A stretch of DNA of 64,000 nucleotides from assembly GCA_965206595.1 (NCBI GenBank), contig OZ242214.1:5024001-5088000 (forward strand). Direction: 5' to 3'. Both the position numbers and the translations under genes were made by a program. Shown one piece after another: positions 1 through 11,199 of the stretch. Under the pieces are notes generated by a model. That model did not search any database. It worked only from the letters and a program-made list of their open reading frames with translations, and had not been told where the DNA came from. Origin of the DNA: Candidatus Latescibacterota bacterium (GTDB lineage: Bacteria; Latescibacterota; UBA2968; UBA8231). Each line of letters starts with the position of its first letter. Position 1 is the stretch's first letter.

Positions 1-429
1 GTCGAGCATGTCGTAGGCGACGGCGTAGAGGGCGACTACCTCCCCCTCGTTGTGGGGTTCCCCGAGGTCTCCGCCGCGGGGCGGAAACTTCATGTCGAGC
101 ATGATCTCGACCGCCCGTTCCGCGAAGGCGGTCCTTTCCGTCATCAGGTATGCAAACGCCAGACTCTTAGCGTAGCGCGCCTTGCTGCGCTCGACTGCAA
201 AGGTGGTGGGAACGTTCTCGGCACGGTTGAGAACCGTCTGCCACCACCCCGAATACGGGGAGCGCCGGATCCGCTCCCGCAGCACCGGAAGGTCGGATGC
301 GTAAAACAGCAGGCTGGGATGGATTTCAGCCGGCAAGGTGACCCGCGCCGTTGTCGGCGTTGCCGCTCCGGCGAACAGGATAACTGCAACAAGATGGAGA
401 ATGACTATCGACCTGCTGATGGAGGGCAT
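1..429 (-). CDS. N-terminus of a secreted polysaccharide-lyase-like protein (DUF4962/heparinase II/III-like), runs off the window edge
   Basis: Not in the ORF track. Manual translation from ATG 429: MPSISRSIVILHLVAVILFAGAA (signal-like) ... HPSLLFYASDLPVLRERIRR ... KSLAFAYLMTE ... YAVAYDMLD, an alpha/alpha-toroid lyase pattern. Confidence 0.6.
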   Translation of the reverse strand, partial: MPSISRSIVILHLVAVILFAGAATPTTARVTLPAEIHPSLLFYASDLPVLRERIRRSPYSGWWQTVLNRAENVPTTFAVERSKARYAKSLAFAYLMTERTAFAERAVEIMLDMKFPPRGGDLGEPHNEGEVVALYAVAYDMLD

Positions 430-441
430 GCGTCCGAGGGC

Positions 442-1044
442 TCACCCCCAGCCGAGCAGGCGCCCGGCGTGCAGCCCCCAGGTGAGGCCCATGTAGAAAA
501 AATCCAGGCCGAGGTTTACGCGCACCCCCCCGGCGCGCCCCGAAGGGGAATCGAAAAACATTCCGATTGTGCCGTACGGAGTGCGTGGCTTGCGGCCTCG
601 CAGACCGAGCCCGGTGTACAGCTTTCCCGGCTTGTTGGCCACGATGACGGTTTCGACGGGCACGAAGCTGATGTCGCCGCTGAACGAGCGCAGCACCTCC
701 GTACCGGCCGAGCACCGATACGGCGGCACGTAGTATCCCAACGAATCGATGCAGGCGCTGCTTCCGCCGCGGCCGTAGATCCGCTGGTACCGGGGATTGT
801 CGTTTTCTTTCTGCAGGAAAACCAAATCGAGCAGCGAGACCGATGCGATCAGGCGGAAACGCGCGGCGAGCACGCTCAGTCCGACGGGAACCGCGACCCC
901 GGGACCGCGTTCGATGTTGGTGATCCCGAGGCCTACCGTTCCATATAGGCCGCTGCCGTCATGCCCTGCTTCCTCGATCAGCTGTGCCTGCGCGAGGGAG
1001 ACCATGGCGGCTGTCAACAGGAAAGTGGCGCGGAACAGGGACAT
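442..1044 (-). CDS. secreted/outer-membrane hypothetical protein
   Basis: Signal peptide (…SLAQA), alternating beta-strand pattern, GGAGGA RBS upstream. Confidence 0.65.
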   Translation of the reverse strand: MSLFRATFLLTAAMVSLAQAQLIEEAGHDGSGLYGTVGLGITNIERGPGVAVPVGLSVLAARFRLIASVSLLDLVFLQKENDNPRYQRIYGRGGSSACIDSLGYYVPPYRCSAGTEVLRSFSGDISFVPVETVIVANKPGKLYTGLGLRGRKPRTPYGTIGMFFDSPSGRAGGVRVNLGLDFFYMGLTWGLHAGRLLGWG

Positions 1045-1281
1045 GGAGGAACGGATGTTCGCTCAGTGGTTTCGAGGAGCCGTGAAAGGTATGTGCAGCC
1101 GGGGGGGGATCAAGGTCCGGTCTCGACACAACAGGAGGCTATACCCTGGGCAAACGACCCGCCCGTGGCTTGTTTACCTCCTGGAAACCCGATCCGCCCC
1201 GTAGAAAAAGCCCACCCGAGCTGGCCTGCAGAGCAACTAACGGGCGGTTATTTTTCGGTCCCCGAAACGGAGGTGAGTCGC

Positions 1282-2193
1282 ATGTCCTTGAGCCCAAGTC
1301 AGGTAGAAGAGTTTCACACCCATGGATACTTGGTTGTTCGCGGCCTGTTGCCCGAAGCGGTTCTCGATCCCCTGATCGCGAACATGGAGGAGATCATCGA
1401 AGATGCCGCCCGCGAACTGCGGAATCGGGGAAAAATCGATGACGTCCATGCCGGCGCCCCGTTCGAACAGCGCATCGCCCTGCTGACCCGAGATTCCGGC
1501 GAGTCGATCCAGGGGCAGGTCTCGTTCCCCTCGAACCTGCGGCGGCCGATCTTCGATTTCCTGCACTGCAACCAACTGCTAGATGCCGTCGAGATCCTGG
1601 TCGGCGAGGAGATCTTCTGCAACCCCACCCATCACGTGCGGCCCAAGCTCCCCGAGTCGCACCTGGCGGAGCAGGACCAATACTGGATTCAGCTGTCGCC
1701 GCTGCACCAGGATGGGGCGGTTCTGTTGCCTGAAGCAGACGATACCCTCGTCGTCACCTCATGGATTCCTCTCGTTGACTGCGACGAGGCCAAGGGCACG
1801 ATCAGGGTCGTACCCGGATTGCATCGCGGGGCCTTGCGCCGCCACGTCCGCTGCCCCTACGGGTGGCAGATCGCCGATGAGGAACTGCCGGCGGAGGAAC
1901 CGGTCTCGATACCCGTGAGAAAAGGGGACGTCGTTTCCATTCACTGCCGCACGCCGCACGGTTCCGGTCCCAACAAATCCGATCAGGTCCGCTGGAGCAT
2001 GGACCTGCGGTGGAACGACGCGCGCAAACCGCACGGCCGTCCGCTGCCCGGTCTGCTGGTGCGCAGCCAGACCGATCCCCGCGTGAACGATCCGGCGACC
2101 GCTGCCGGCCGCCACGCGGCATGGGTCGAGGAATGGCGGGAGGCCAAGGCGGACACGAAGCCGCGCCGGATGTATCGCTGGCCAGATTCCTGA
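1282..2193 (+). CDS. phytanoyl-CoA dioxygenase (PhyH) family Fe(II)/2OG dioxygenase
   Basis: MSLSPSQVEEFHTHGYLVV start with GGAGGT RBS; HQD, HGSGPN and RWSMDLR motifs. Confidence 0.9.
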   Translation: MSLSPSQVEEFHTHGYLVVRGLLPEAVLDPLIANMEEIIEDAARELRNRGKIDDVHAGAPFEQRIALLTRDSGESIQGQVSFPSNLRRPIFDFLHCNQLLDAVEILVGEEIFCNPTHHVRPKLPESHLAEQDQYWIQLSPLHQDGAVLLPEADDTLVVTSWIPLVDCDEAKGTIRVVPGLHRGALRRHVRCPYGWQIADEELPAEEPVSIPVRKGDVVSIHCRTPHGSGPNKSDQVRWSMDLRWNDARKPHGRPLPGLLVRSQTDPRVNDPATAAGRHAAWVEEWREAKADTKPRRMYRWPDS

Positions 2194-2222
2194 CTTGCTG
2201 TCGGAGACCGGATAGTTGTGTC

Positions 2223-3033
2223 TCAGAAGGCGACGAAGCCGCCGCAGACCGGGATGCACTGACCGGTGACGTAGTCGGACAGGTCCGTCACCAGGAATTC
2301 GACGACCTTGGCACAGTCTTCGGGCATTCCCAGCCTTCCGAGGGGGATTTGCTCCTCGATTTTCTTCCTGGTTTCCGGCTCGTTGCGCCCCTGCGCCAGC
2401 GCCCGGGACGACAGGATGAACCCCGGGGCGATGCAGTTTACGCAGATGCCATGGGGTCCCAGCTCGGCCGCCAGCACGCGGGTGTACTGGATGACGCCGG
2501 CCTTCGACACTTTGTAGGCCATTCCCCCGCTGTCGCGCCCGCTCCACATGCCGGCCTGCGACGCGACGGTGACGATCTTGCCTCCCTTTCCCCGCTTGCG
2601 CATCGCCTTTCCCACCTCCTGGCAACAGAAAACGGTACCCGTCAGGTTGATCTCCATCAGGTAGCGGTACGTCTGTTGCGACGTCCCCGTGGCGCTCTGG
2701 TCCGGGTCGGTGGTCAGGTTGCCGCCGGCATTGGTTACCAGGATATCGATACCGCCGAGCTCAGCCACGGCCCTTTCCATCATCACCGTCACCGCGTCGC
2801 GATCCGCTACGTCCGCTTCGATACCGAGGGAGCGCCGTCCAAAGGGACTCGACCTCGGCCGCCACGGATACCGCCGTCAGTTGCTCTCCGAATTCAGCCG
2901 CGGCATCCAACCTGATGTCATTGACGACGACATCGGCGCCCAGCCGGGCCAGATGCAGAACATAGGCGCGTCCGAGGCCACGGGCCCCACCGGTCACGAG
3001 GGCGACTTTGCCTTGGAGTTTCAGCTCATCCAT
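2223..3033 (-). pseudogene. SDR family oxidoreductase, frameshifted
   Basis: N-half has TGGARGLG (2761..3033); C-half has NAG and YKVSK (2223..2792). Removing one base of the run at 2841-2843 restores [15 protein letters not shown]. Confidence 0.85.
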
Positions 3034-3151
3034 GGCCTACTGTCAGCTCCGTTCCGACCCCGGTCCCTGCTGCAAATCGACAGAAAAATGCGGAGCCCGG
3101 GGCAAGGGGTTCTTTCCCGGCACCTCGCAGCCCAAAAAACCGCTGAAACTG

Positions 3152-3190
3152 AAAAGAGCGGCGCACCGCTCGAAAGCGCGCCGCTCTTTT
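3152..3190. terminator. intrinsic terminator downstream of the sigma factor gene
   Basis: AAAAGAGCGGCGC … GCGCCGCTCTTTT, a 13-bp inverted repeat with A/T tails. Confidence 0.75.
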
Positions 3191-3229
3191 GGAGAAACCG
3201 GATTCCGAAATCCGGGCGGGGCCTTCTCT

Positions 3230-4081
3230 CTAGACCTCCTCGGCCAGTGCCTGCAGGAACTGGTAGCGCGACGGATGCCGGAGTCTGCTCAGTGCCCTCT
3301 CCTTTATCTGCCGCACGCGCTCTCGCGTAACCCCGATCAGGCTGCCGATCTGCTCGAGGGTCAATGCCTCCTTGCCGTTGAGTCCGAAATAGAGACGAAT
3401 GATCCGCTGCTCCCTGTCGTCGAGACTGGCTAGGACGCTTTCGAGCTGGTTCCTGGCGGAATCTCTCATCACGTCCGAATCCGGAGCCCGCTGGCTGGTG
3501 TCGGGCAGGACGTTCATCAGCGAGCGCTTCTCGTCGTCTTCGAAGGCGCCGTCGAGAGAACTCACGGGGCGAGCGCTGAGAATGGCGTCGGTGACGACGT
3601 CGGCCGGCAAATCGAGCTCCTTGGCGATTTCGTCGACATCCGGCTCCTCTTCGCGGCCCTGGCCCAGCCGTCTAGAGGCTTTGGAGATGTCCTTAAGGAG
3701 GCTCAGCTTGTTGAGCGGGAGCCGCACGGTGCGCACGTGCTCGGCGATGGTCTGCAGAATGGATTGACGGATCCACCAGACCGCGTAGGAGATGAACTTG
3801 TAACCCCGGGTTCCGTCGAAGCGCTCGGCAGCGGTCATCAACCCGAGGTTGCCGGCACTGATCAGATCTGAAAAAGAGAGGCCGCGGTTCTGGTAATTCT
3901 TTGCTACGTCGATGACGAACCGCAGGTTCGCCTGAACCAATTCATCACGGGCTTCCATGTCGCCGTCTTTGATGCGCGCGGCGAGTTCGACTTCTTTCTC
4001 ACGAGAAAGCGGCTCGGAATGGGCAATATCGTCGAAATAAGACCGTAGAGAGCTCTCGCGGTCGCTGAGGGTTTCCAGCAT
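3230..4081 (-). CDS. RNA polymerase sigma-70 factor, RpoD/SigA family (short form lacking region 1.1)
   Basis: LVQANLRFV, DLISAGNLGL, KFISYAVWWIRQ and TRERVRQI motifs; ATG 4081 with AGGAG RBS. Confidence 0.92.
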   Translation of the reverse strand: MLETLSDRESSLRSYFDDIAHSEPLSREKEVELAARIKDGDMEARDELVQANLRFVIDVAKNYQNRGLSFSDLISAGNLGLMTAAERFDGTRGYKFISYAVWWIRQSILQTIAEHVRTVRLPLNKLSLLKDISKASRRLGQGREEEPDVDEIAKELDLPADVVTDAILSARPVSSLDGAFEDDEKRSLMNVLPDTSQRAPDSDVMRDSARNQLESVLASLDDREQRIIRLYFGLNGKEALTLEQIGSLIGVTRERVRQIKERALSRLRHPSRYQFLQALAEEV

Positions 4082-4636
4082 GACTCTCCTTCTGTTTGTG
4101 GAATTTCGAATGGGGGGGCCTGAAAACACGAAAACTCCTCTCTCCCTCGCGATTCCGGCCGAATGGTGTGCAGAAAGTGCAGTCTCCGCCTTTATGATAC
4201 GGCGCGACAGGTGCCAGAGCAACTAATAATTCCCGACTCTGGACACAACTCTGCAGCGTCCTATAACATATTGTTTTATATACGGTTATGATTTCTGTAA
4301 AAATGGCGGCCGAGTGCTTTCCCAGGCGGCCTAAGTCGCTCGGAGAAAGTGCCTTAGCGCCGAGATACCGGATATTTTCTACCATCCTTGCTTGCCGGTT
4401 TTCGCCTGCCAGCGGAGACTTCCAGCCGCCATGCGGCCGCCTGCGGATTGCCGATATCCCCGGAAAATCCCCGGAAGCCGCCATCCCTGGACCGCCCTCG
4501 ATACACGCGAGACGTACTCGTGAAATAGCGCCTTGTCCCCGGAATCAGGGCTGCAGGAACGGCCTCGAGCCTGTAATGAGCTGGGCGGCTTGATTGCGGA
4601 AACCTGTGGGACACGGCAACAACCCGGAGGAGTCTC

Positions 4637-6082
4637 ATGCGACAGAAGCGAATCATCTACCACAACGACGCCCGCCATTACTACCTGTTCGTGTTCGAGC
4701 CCCCCCTCTCCCTGGAGGACGCCTGGACACCGGTCGATGAAGTAGCCGGCACCGCGGTCGATACCATCGCCTACGGGATCCAGCGCGGCGACGGTTTGTT
4801 CTACCCTTCCGACGTCGCGTTGCAATTCGGCTCCGACATGATGCCTTTCGAGCAGGCTGCGTACTGGCGCACCTGGCACAACATGAAGAGTCTCGAGGAA
4901 CGCGGGATCGATCCGCTGCAGTTGCTCATCGACCGCGCTCACGACAAGGGGATGGACTTTTTCGCCACCGTTCGCCTGGGTAATTACGGCGGCATGGACC
5001 CCGCCCACGCGGTAACCCAGGGCGGGCGCGGGCTCGGTGCTTACGAAGTCCGCGATGGTCAGATCGCCATAATAGAAGAGCTCGTGAACCGATACCCTCT
5101 CGAAGGTGTCGAGCTCGACCTGGCGGTTCCAGGAGGCGGCTCCCTCATCCTGCCGGAAGAGGCCGATTCCCTGATCCCGGAGCTAACCGAGTTCGTCGCG
5201 CAGATATCCCGGATTGTGCGAACAGCGCGCGAAGGTATGCAGGTCGGGGTGCGCGTCCTGCCGACGGAGGAGCTCAACCTGGGACAGGGACTCGACGTGC
5301 GCGCCTGGCTGCAGAGCGGCTCCCTGGATTTTGTCATTCCCATGCGCTACGGCTACATGGTTCTCGATCCCAACATGCCCAGCGATTGGCTTCTGCAGGC
5401 TGCACATTCCGGCGGCGTTTCGTTTTACGGATGTCTCCAGCCGTACGTCGACGACCAGATTACGGGGGCCGCCGTGCGCCAGTTTCCCAGCAGCGAACAG
5501 ATGCGGGCGGCGGTCGCCAATCAGTGGAGCAAGGGAGTGGACGGCCTCTACACCTGGTTCATGGACTGGCCGCTGAGGGATGCGCAGCGCAGCATGTTGA
5601 GTGAAATGGGGGACCCCGACCTCGGAGCGCGGAAGGACAAGCAGTACGTCCTCGTGCGCACCCCCAAGGACGACCACCTGCACTACCGCTCACCTTTGCC
5701 GATTCGAATCGCGGCCGACGACGTGGGGACTCGCCACCCGGTGCCCTTCTACATCGCCGACGACATTGAGGGGGCAGGCGATCAGATCTGCGAGGTACTC
5801 CTCGAAATAGTGGTAACCGACCTGGTTTCGGCCGACCGCCTTGAGATCCTGCTCAATGGGGAATCCCTTCAGAACGAGGCCTGCCGCCGCGGCTTCGGCG
5901 ATCCGATCAGCCGCTACGGCGCCCAGGCGCTAACCTTCGATCTACGCGGCGTACTCCCCAGGAAAGGAGACAACCTGCTGGAAATCACCCTCGATGGCCG
6001 GGCATCGGGATTGGCGAGTCCACTGGTCGTACGCGAGGTGAAGATCACGGTCAACTACCACCCCTTTCCCGCACGCCTGTAG
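4637..6082 (+). CDS. glycoside hydrolase-like family 10 (GHL10/DUF187-like) TIM-barrel protein
   Basis: IIYHNDA start, DPLQLLIDRAHDKGMDFF, YPLEGVELD, GVDGLY; GGAGGAG RBS. Confidence 0.7.
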   Translation: MRQKRIIYHNDARHYYLFVFEPPLSLEDAWTPVDEVAGTAVDTIAYGIQRGDGLFYPSDVALQFGSDMMPFEQAAYWRTWHNMKSLEERGIDPLQLLIDRAHDKGMDFFATVRLGNYGGMDPAHAVTQGGRGLGAYEVRDGQIAIIEELVNRYPLEGVELDLAVPGGGSLILPEEADSLIPELTEFVAQISRIVRTAREGMQVGVRVLPTEELNLGQGLDVRAWLQSGSLDFVIPMRYGYMVLDPNMPSDWLLQAAHSGGVSFYGCLQPYVDDQITGAAVRQFPSSEQMRAAVANQWSKGVDGLYTWFMDWPLRDAQRSMLSEMGDPDLGARKDKQYVLVRTPKDDHLHYRSPLPIRIAADDVGTRHPVPFYIADDIEGAGDQICEVLLEIVVTDLVSADRLEILLNGESLQNEACRRGFGDPISRYGAQALTFDLRGVLPRKGDNLLEITLDGRASGLASPLVVREVKITVNYHPFPARL

Positions 6083-6187
6083 CATCAGGGCGCGCAGACA
6101 TGGGTCGCTTTTTCAGGCGGATGCCCTGGCGAAGACTCTGGATTCTGCCCGCCGTTGCCTTCAACCCACGGCCGGGACTGGTTCCAG

Positions 6188-7241
6188 TCAGGTCGCCACG
6201 CCGAGATCCGCGGCGACGGTTTCTATCTGCGACCACACCCCATCGGCAATCGGAATCCCCTCTGCTGCGCGGCGTTCCTCGGTTTCGTAGTCGAGCTCTC
6301 CCGGCATCAGGACGCGTTCGAACCCCTCGGCATACGCTGCTGATTTGGCGTAGACGACGTACTCGTCAAGCTCCTTGCGGAAGGCCCGCGGAGAAGTGAA
6401 CGCGGCGATGTCGATGGCGAGAATCCAGAAATTGTTGCTCTCGCCTCCCATTCGTTCCGCGGTGGCACCGGTTAGAACCGTGCTCAAAATCTGGGCCATC
6501 ATCGCAAAGCCGAAACCTTTATAGCCCAGCGCTCCACCCACCGGCAGGATGGCCCCGCCAGGCGGGCAGTAGAGCGCGTTCGGGTCGGCGCTCGGCCTTC
6601 CTGCCGCGTCGACAAGCCAAGTGTCGGGCAGGTTCTTTCCGCTGTCCCTGCTCAGACGCACCTTGCCTTCCGAGATGGCGCTCGTAGCCGCGTCGAACAG
6701 GATCGGTCGCCCGGTCGTCGGGGCCGCCAAGGGATATCGGGTTGGTTCCAATGCGCCCCTCGCGGCCCCCCCAGGGCGCTACCCAGTGACCGCTCGGCGA
6801 GCCGCCGCTGCAGGCTGCAAGTCCCACCATCCCCGCCCCGGCGATGGCCTCGGTGTAAAGACTCAAGCAGCCGACGTGCTGAGTCCGGTAGAGGGCGACC
6901 GATCCGAGGCCCTGCCTGCCAGCCTTGGCCACCGCCATCCCGGTAGCGGTTCGGGCGCCGATCTGTCCGAAGTTCCAGTTCAGGTCGAGAAGGGCCATCG
7001 TAGCGGTTTCCCTGACCGTTTCGATCCCGGCGCCCGGCACGATCTCGTTTTTCCGGATGTTGCCTACGTACTGCGGGATCCTGAGGACGCCGTGCGAGTC
7101 GAGACCTTTTAGGTTGGCGCCCACAAGGTGATTGGCAAGGACCTGTGCGTCCTCCGGAGACACTTCACAGGCCGTGAAGATATCGGACGTCAGTTGGCGC
7201 AGGCGGTCTGCCTGGTGCGTCTTCGCGTCGGTGAAATTCAT
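6188..7241 (-). pseudogene. Ldh_2 (malate/L-sulfolactate dehydrogenase, ComC/AllD-like) oxidoreductase, frameshifted
   Basis: GLDSHGVLRIPQY, HVGCL, GTNPI, then frame switch at about 6731-6733 to AAPTTGRPILFD … GYKGFG … MPGELD. Confidence 0.85.
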
Positions 7242-9171
7242 CAGTTGTAAATCGGGTGCCCTTTCCCGAAAAAGAAGATCCAGTCGACGATAAAAGAGAT
7301 TCCGATGCCGAGGAAATACCCGCTGATCAGGCCGAGGAAAAAAGGCCGGAGTCGTCGATACAGTCCAACGCCCCCGGAGTACATGACGGCGCTCTTGATC
7401 GCCCAGGCGAGGAACACCGAGACGACGGTGTAGCGAATCATCCACAGCGTCGCTACCGTCAGGCCAACCGGGTGCAGGGGTCACCAGGTGAACCGGTACT
7501 GGCAGAAAGCCAGCGCCGAGTACATGCCCGCCCCGATGGAAAAAAGAGTCAGTCGGTGCCAGTCGGTGCCAGTCGGGGCCAGTCGGGGCGTCAAGGTGGA
7601 ACCCCATGTTTCCGAAGGCGATGTTGCCGGCATGGTTCCACAGGCCGTTGGCGAAATTGCTGGCCCCGTATTCGTAGCCGATGTAGATGAGGAAGGACAG
7701 GCTTGCCGGAAATCCGACGAGAACGGCAATCCCGATGGCAATGCCGAGAAGTCGTTTGTTGCCGTACGCCCGGTTGAGCCGGGCACCGTGAGCGGCCGAA
7801 GGACGACTGCACGTCTCCGAACCATGAATACGAGACCGGGATCGCACCGATGTTCGAGGGGGTCAGCGCCGTCCCGGTTACCGCCGTTGCAAACGCCTGT
7901 CCCGTGATCGGCATCGTAAGGTAGTAGAGCCCCGACTGGATCACGAGACGGGTGATGCCGAGATAGGCGACGACCACCGTGAACACCACAAGCAGCGATA
8001 CCGGGAGATCCATGCCGGCGCGGCATAGCCACCAGACGACGTAGGCCAGTCCGGCCAGGAGTCCGTACCCCGCCATGCGGTAAGACAGCATCTCCCCGCG
8101 GTCGTCGAGTCCGGCGTCACCTCGCACCAGGTTCCGGCCGACCGCGGCCAGGTGGCGGCGGCTCATCCACACACTCCACAGCACCATGGCGGTGAACGAT
8201 CCCCAGGCCTGCCAGGTCAGGGTCTGCAGTCCCCACTGGAACGGTTCGGGGGTCGTGGTGTCGATGCCGATACGGTTGATGACCCCTTCCTGCAGTGTCG
8301 CCACGAGGTAGAAGAACCAGATGCTGAACGAAATCCCGGTGCTGGCGAGGAACATGAACCCCAGCACCGGGATGTGGAGCATCAGGTGTACGACGGGAAA
8401 TTCCGGACCCAGTCGAACGGACACGGGCCGATAGAAGGAGAGTTCCGGAAAGCCGGGCTCGAAATAGCGGATCATGTTGAACGACATGATCGCCACGACC
8501 ACGCTGCAGCCGATCCAGAAACTTTTCTGCTGCAGCAGCGACGCGGGGCCTGGCGTCTCGACCAGCCGGCGAGGCAGCTCGATCATCGGAAATCCGAGAC
8601 GCTCGTGCTCCACCCACTGGCGGCGGAAGATCACGACTAAGCAGAAAGAGACGAGGTAGACCGCCAGAATGACGCTCAACCACCAGGCCATGGGACTGAG
8701 CCAGACCTCCCACGGAATCGACCGGCCTCCGGGCAGCCCCTCGAAATACCAGACTATGGCGTTCCCGCCCTGTGGCAGCGTCCATTCCGGCAGGAACGGA
8801 TGTACGTCCTCCGCCCACCTGTTTTCCGGGGTGGCGTGATAATAGGGGGAACTGATGATGGCCAGTCCCCAGCTCAGCATGAAGATCGGAATGCCACTGA
8901 CGACGAGACCCATCGTCACGATGGTCATCAGTTGGGCCGGCTGCAGGGCGCCGGCCCAACCCAACCGCCGGCACAGCGCGTTGGCGAACGCGAGGACTGT
9001 GAAGGGAAACCCGACCCCCCAGGGAAAGTAGGACCAGGTAGGTTCGGAGGAGCCGGCTATATAGATGGAAAAGGGGGAGCCGACAACAACGACGATGACC
9101 ATCGCGATTCCAAGCAGCAGGGATCGCGGGGTTAGTCCTGCGCGCGTGCGTAAGGATGTTTCGGTTTCCAT
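7241..9171 (-). pseudogene. DUF6785/DUF6784-like multi-TM membrane protein (OPT-related), multiply disrupted
   Basis: RQWVEHERLGFP motif; apparent small deletion at about 7803; extra 10-bp repeat unit at 7550-7589; TGA at 7481-7483 in RFTW*PLHPVG (family pattern W-W-P-L-H-P); tail LYRRLRPFFLGL. Confidence 0.8.
7550..7589. repeat. 4 x 10-bp tandem repeat CAGTCGG(T/G)GC inside the DUF6785-like gene
   Basis: Directly visible; three units would keep the frame (APTGPDWHRLTL). Confidence 0.9.
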
Positions 9172-9401
9172 GCGGCCGGCACCTCATTCGCGGCTGCGGA
9201 CTCCAGCGCTGGGAACCGTGTCGGCTTAGAGGGGTGCTTTTTCGATCTGGGTGAGGGTTTTCCGGAGCCGCCGCAGGGCCGGGCATGCAGGCCTGCTGGA
9301 AACAGAGTCAAAGGAACGATGCCGCCATCCCGCCAGATGCAGCAGCAGGTTCGGAGTGCCGGAAGCAGCTTCCCTTTTTCTCAGCAGTTATTGCGGGGGT
9401 G

Positions 9402-9488
9402 TGGTGCCGAAGGTGGGACTCGAACCCACACGACCTGATGGTCACTGGATTTTGAATCCAGCGCGTCTACCAGTTCCGCCACTTCGGC
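9402..9488 (-). tRNA. tRNA-Leu (CAA)
   Basis: GCCGAAG acceptor stem, D-loop TGGTAGAC, anticodon stem CTGGA/TCCAG with loop TT-CAA-AA, long variable arm, GTTCGAGTC T-loop, encoded CCA. Confidence 0.97.
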
Positions 9489-9520
9489 TGTTGGAGCGGC
9501 AGAAGATGGCTCTACCGCCC

Positions 9521-10111
9521 TTATCCGTACAGCTCGTCTGTCCTGTCTGCCTTGGGCTTCCCGAAAATCTCGGCGTAGACAATGGCCTCCCGCGCTGTTT
9601 CTCGGGTGAAGCTCCACTTGCTGCGGCGTTTTCGATTCAAAACCTGTACCGTCTTCACCGGCTCGAGCCGCGGCGTTGCACGCTCCCGGACGCGCTCGGC
9701 AGGTTGGCGACTGCTCGCCCTCTGTTCGAGCTGGCGGACCCGCTCATCCTCGGCACGGGAGCGTCTTTCCTCTTCCCGGGCGAAATCCTCGAGCCGCTGG
9801 AAAATATTGGGGCGGCTCGGCGGCTCCGGCTCCTCCCGGTCGTCGACAACTTCCGCGGCCGCCGGCTGGGGAGAGCGTTCTTCCTCCAGCTCTTCCTCAG
9901 CCGGCCGGGAAGGCCGTGGCGGGCGCACCGGCTCGAAGGGATCTCCCCCCATCGGAAAGGGCCACGTCCCTTCTTCCTCTCCCTCTCGTTCCGCCTTCCC
10001 GGGCCCGCTGTCCTGGCGTTGCTCTTCGCGCTGTCTCTTGCGCTTGCGTCGCTCGAGCAGCGCCGAGACAACGCTGAAGAGCACGAACAGCAGGAATAGT
10101 AGTTGCTCCAC
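9521..10111 (-). CDS. membrane-anchored charged protein downstream of floA (YqfB-like position)
   Basis: N-terminal TM, E/R/P-rich linker, C-terminal AREAIVYAEIFGKPKA motif typical of floA-adjacent genes. Confidence 0.75.
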   Translation of the reverse strand: MEQLLFLLFVLFSVVSALLERRKRKRQREEQRQDSGPGKAEREGEEEGTWPFPMGGDPFEPVRPPRPSRPAEEELEEERSPQPAAAEVVDDREEPEPPSRPNIFQRLEDFAREEERRSRAEDERVRQLEQRASSRQPAERVRERATPRLEPVKTVQVLNRKRRSKWSFTRETAREAIVYAEIFGKPKADRTDELYG

Positions 10112-10158
10112 GACTCCTACCTGCTCCTCAGCGCGCCTCGAAGCCGGCCGCGGACGGG

Positions 10159-11136
10159 CTACTCATCATCTGCGCCATCCGTTTCCGAAATCGAGGTCCG
10201 CATTTCGGTGTCGGATTGAATGTTGCGCATGCGGTAATAATCCATGATCCCGAGGTTGCCGCTGCGGAACGCCTCGGCCATCGCGCGCGGCACCTCCGCC
10301 TCAGCCTCCTTGACCCGGGCGCTCATCTCCTCGACGAGTGCGTTCATCTCCTGCTCGCGCGCCTGCGCCATGGCGCGGCGCTCTTCGGCCTTCGCCTGGG
10401 CAATCTTGAGATCGGCGTCGGCCTGCTCGGTCTGCAACTTGGCGCCGATGTTCTCGCCGACATCGACGTCGGCGATGTCGATCGACAAAATCTCGAAAGC
10501 TGTGTTGGAATCCAGCCCCTTTCCCAGCACCGTCTTTGATATGTTGTCCGGATTCTCGAGCACCTGCTTGTGCGTCGAGGCTGAGCCGACCGTGGTGACG
10601 ATCCCCTCGCCGACCCGCGCAATGATGGTCTCTTCACCAGCGCCGCCAACCAGGCGGTCGATGTTGGCCCTCACGGTGACGCGGCAGGTCGCCTTCACCT
10701 GGATTCCGTCCTTGGCGATGGCGGCGATCAGCGGGGTGTTGATCACCTTCGGGTTGACGCTGACCTTGACCGCTTCGAGCACGTCGCGTCCGGCCAGATC
10801 GATCGCCGTCGCGCGTGCGAAGGTGAGCTCGATGTTGGCCTTGTCTGCCGAAATCAATGCCAGGATCACCGCCTCGACATTGCCGCCAGCCAGGTAGTGG
10901 GCTTCCATGCGGTCCAACTCTACGTCCAAGCCCGCCTTGGTGGCGCTTATTTTCGGCCTGACGATCGCTGCGGGCGGAACCTTGCGCAGCCGCATTCCCA
11001 CGAGGTCGCGGAAGATCCCCACTTTGACGCCGGAGAAGTACGCCGTGATCCACAGCCCGATCGGAACGAAATAGGTGAACAGGCTCAAAAAAATGATGAT
11101 CGCGAACAGAATCGCGACATAGAACAGTGCTTCCAT
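10159..11136 (-). CDS. floA: flotillin-like protein FloA (YqfA/UPF0365)
   Basis: [39 protein letters not shown] motifs. Confidence 0.95.
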   Translation of the reverse strand: MEALFYVAILFAIIIFLSLFTYFVPIGLWITAYFSGVKVGIFRDLVGMRLRKVPPAAIVRPKISATKAGLDVELDRMEAHYLAGGNVEAVILALISADKANIELTFARATAIDLAGRDVLEAVKVSVNPKVINTPLIAAIAKDGIQVKATCRVTVRANIDRLVGGAGEETIIARVGEGIVTTVGSASTHKQVLENPDNISKTVLGKGLDSNTAFEILSIDIADVDVGENIGAKLQTEQADADLKIAQAKAEERRAMAQAREQEMNALVEEMSARVKEAEAEVPRAMAEAFRSGNLGIMDYYRMRNIQSDTEMRTSISETDGADDE

Positions 11137-11199
11137 TTACTGCCTCCTTCGTTGCACAGGTAGCCGCCGGTGCCTCGTTGGCACCCGCGGTCAGTGCAC

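Noticed and set aside
7481-7483. TGA at a conserved Trp, suggesting genetic code 4/25 or recoding
   Set aside because: Many intact genes here (recN, pheT, pheS, accD) end in TGA, and the same gene carries two other lesions.
9340-9375. CAGG…GGAAGCAGC resembling the SRP RNA helix 8 motif
   Set aside because: No GNRA tetraloop and no flanking long helix; more likely a hairpin downstream of the tRNA.
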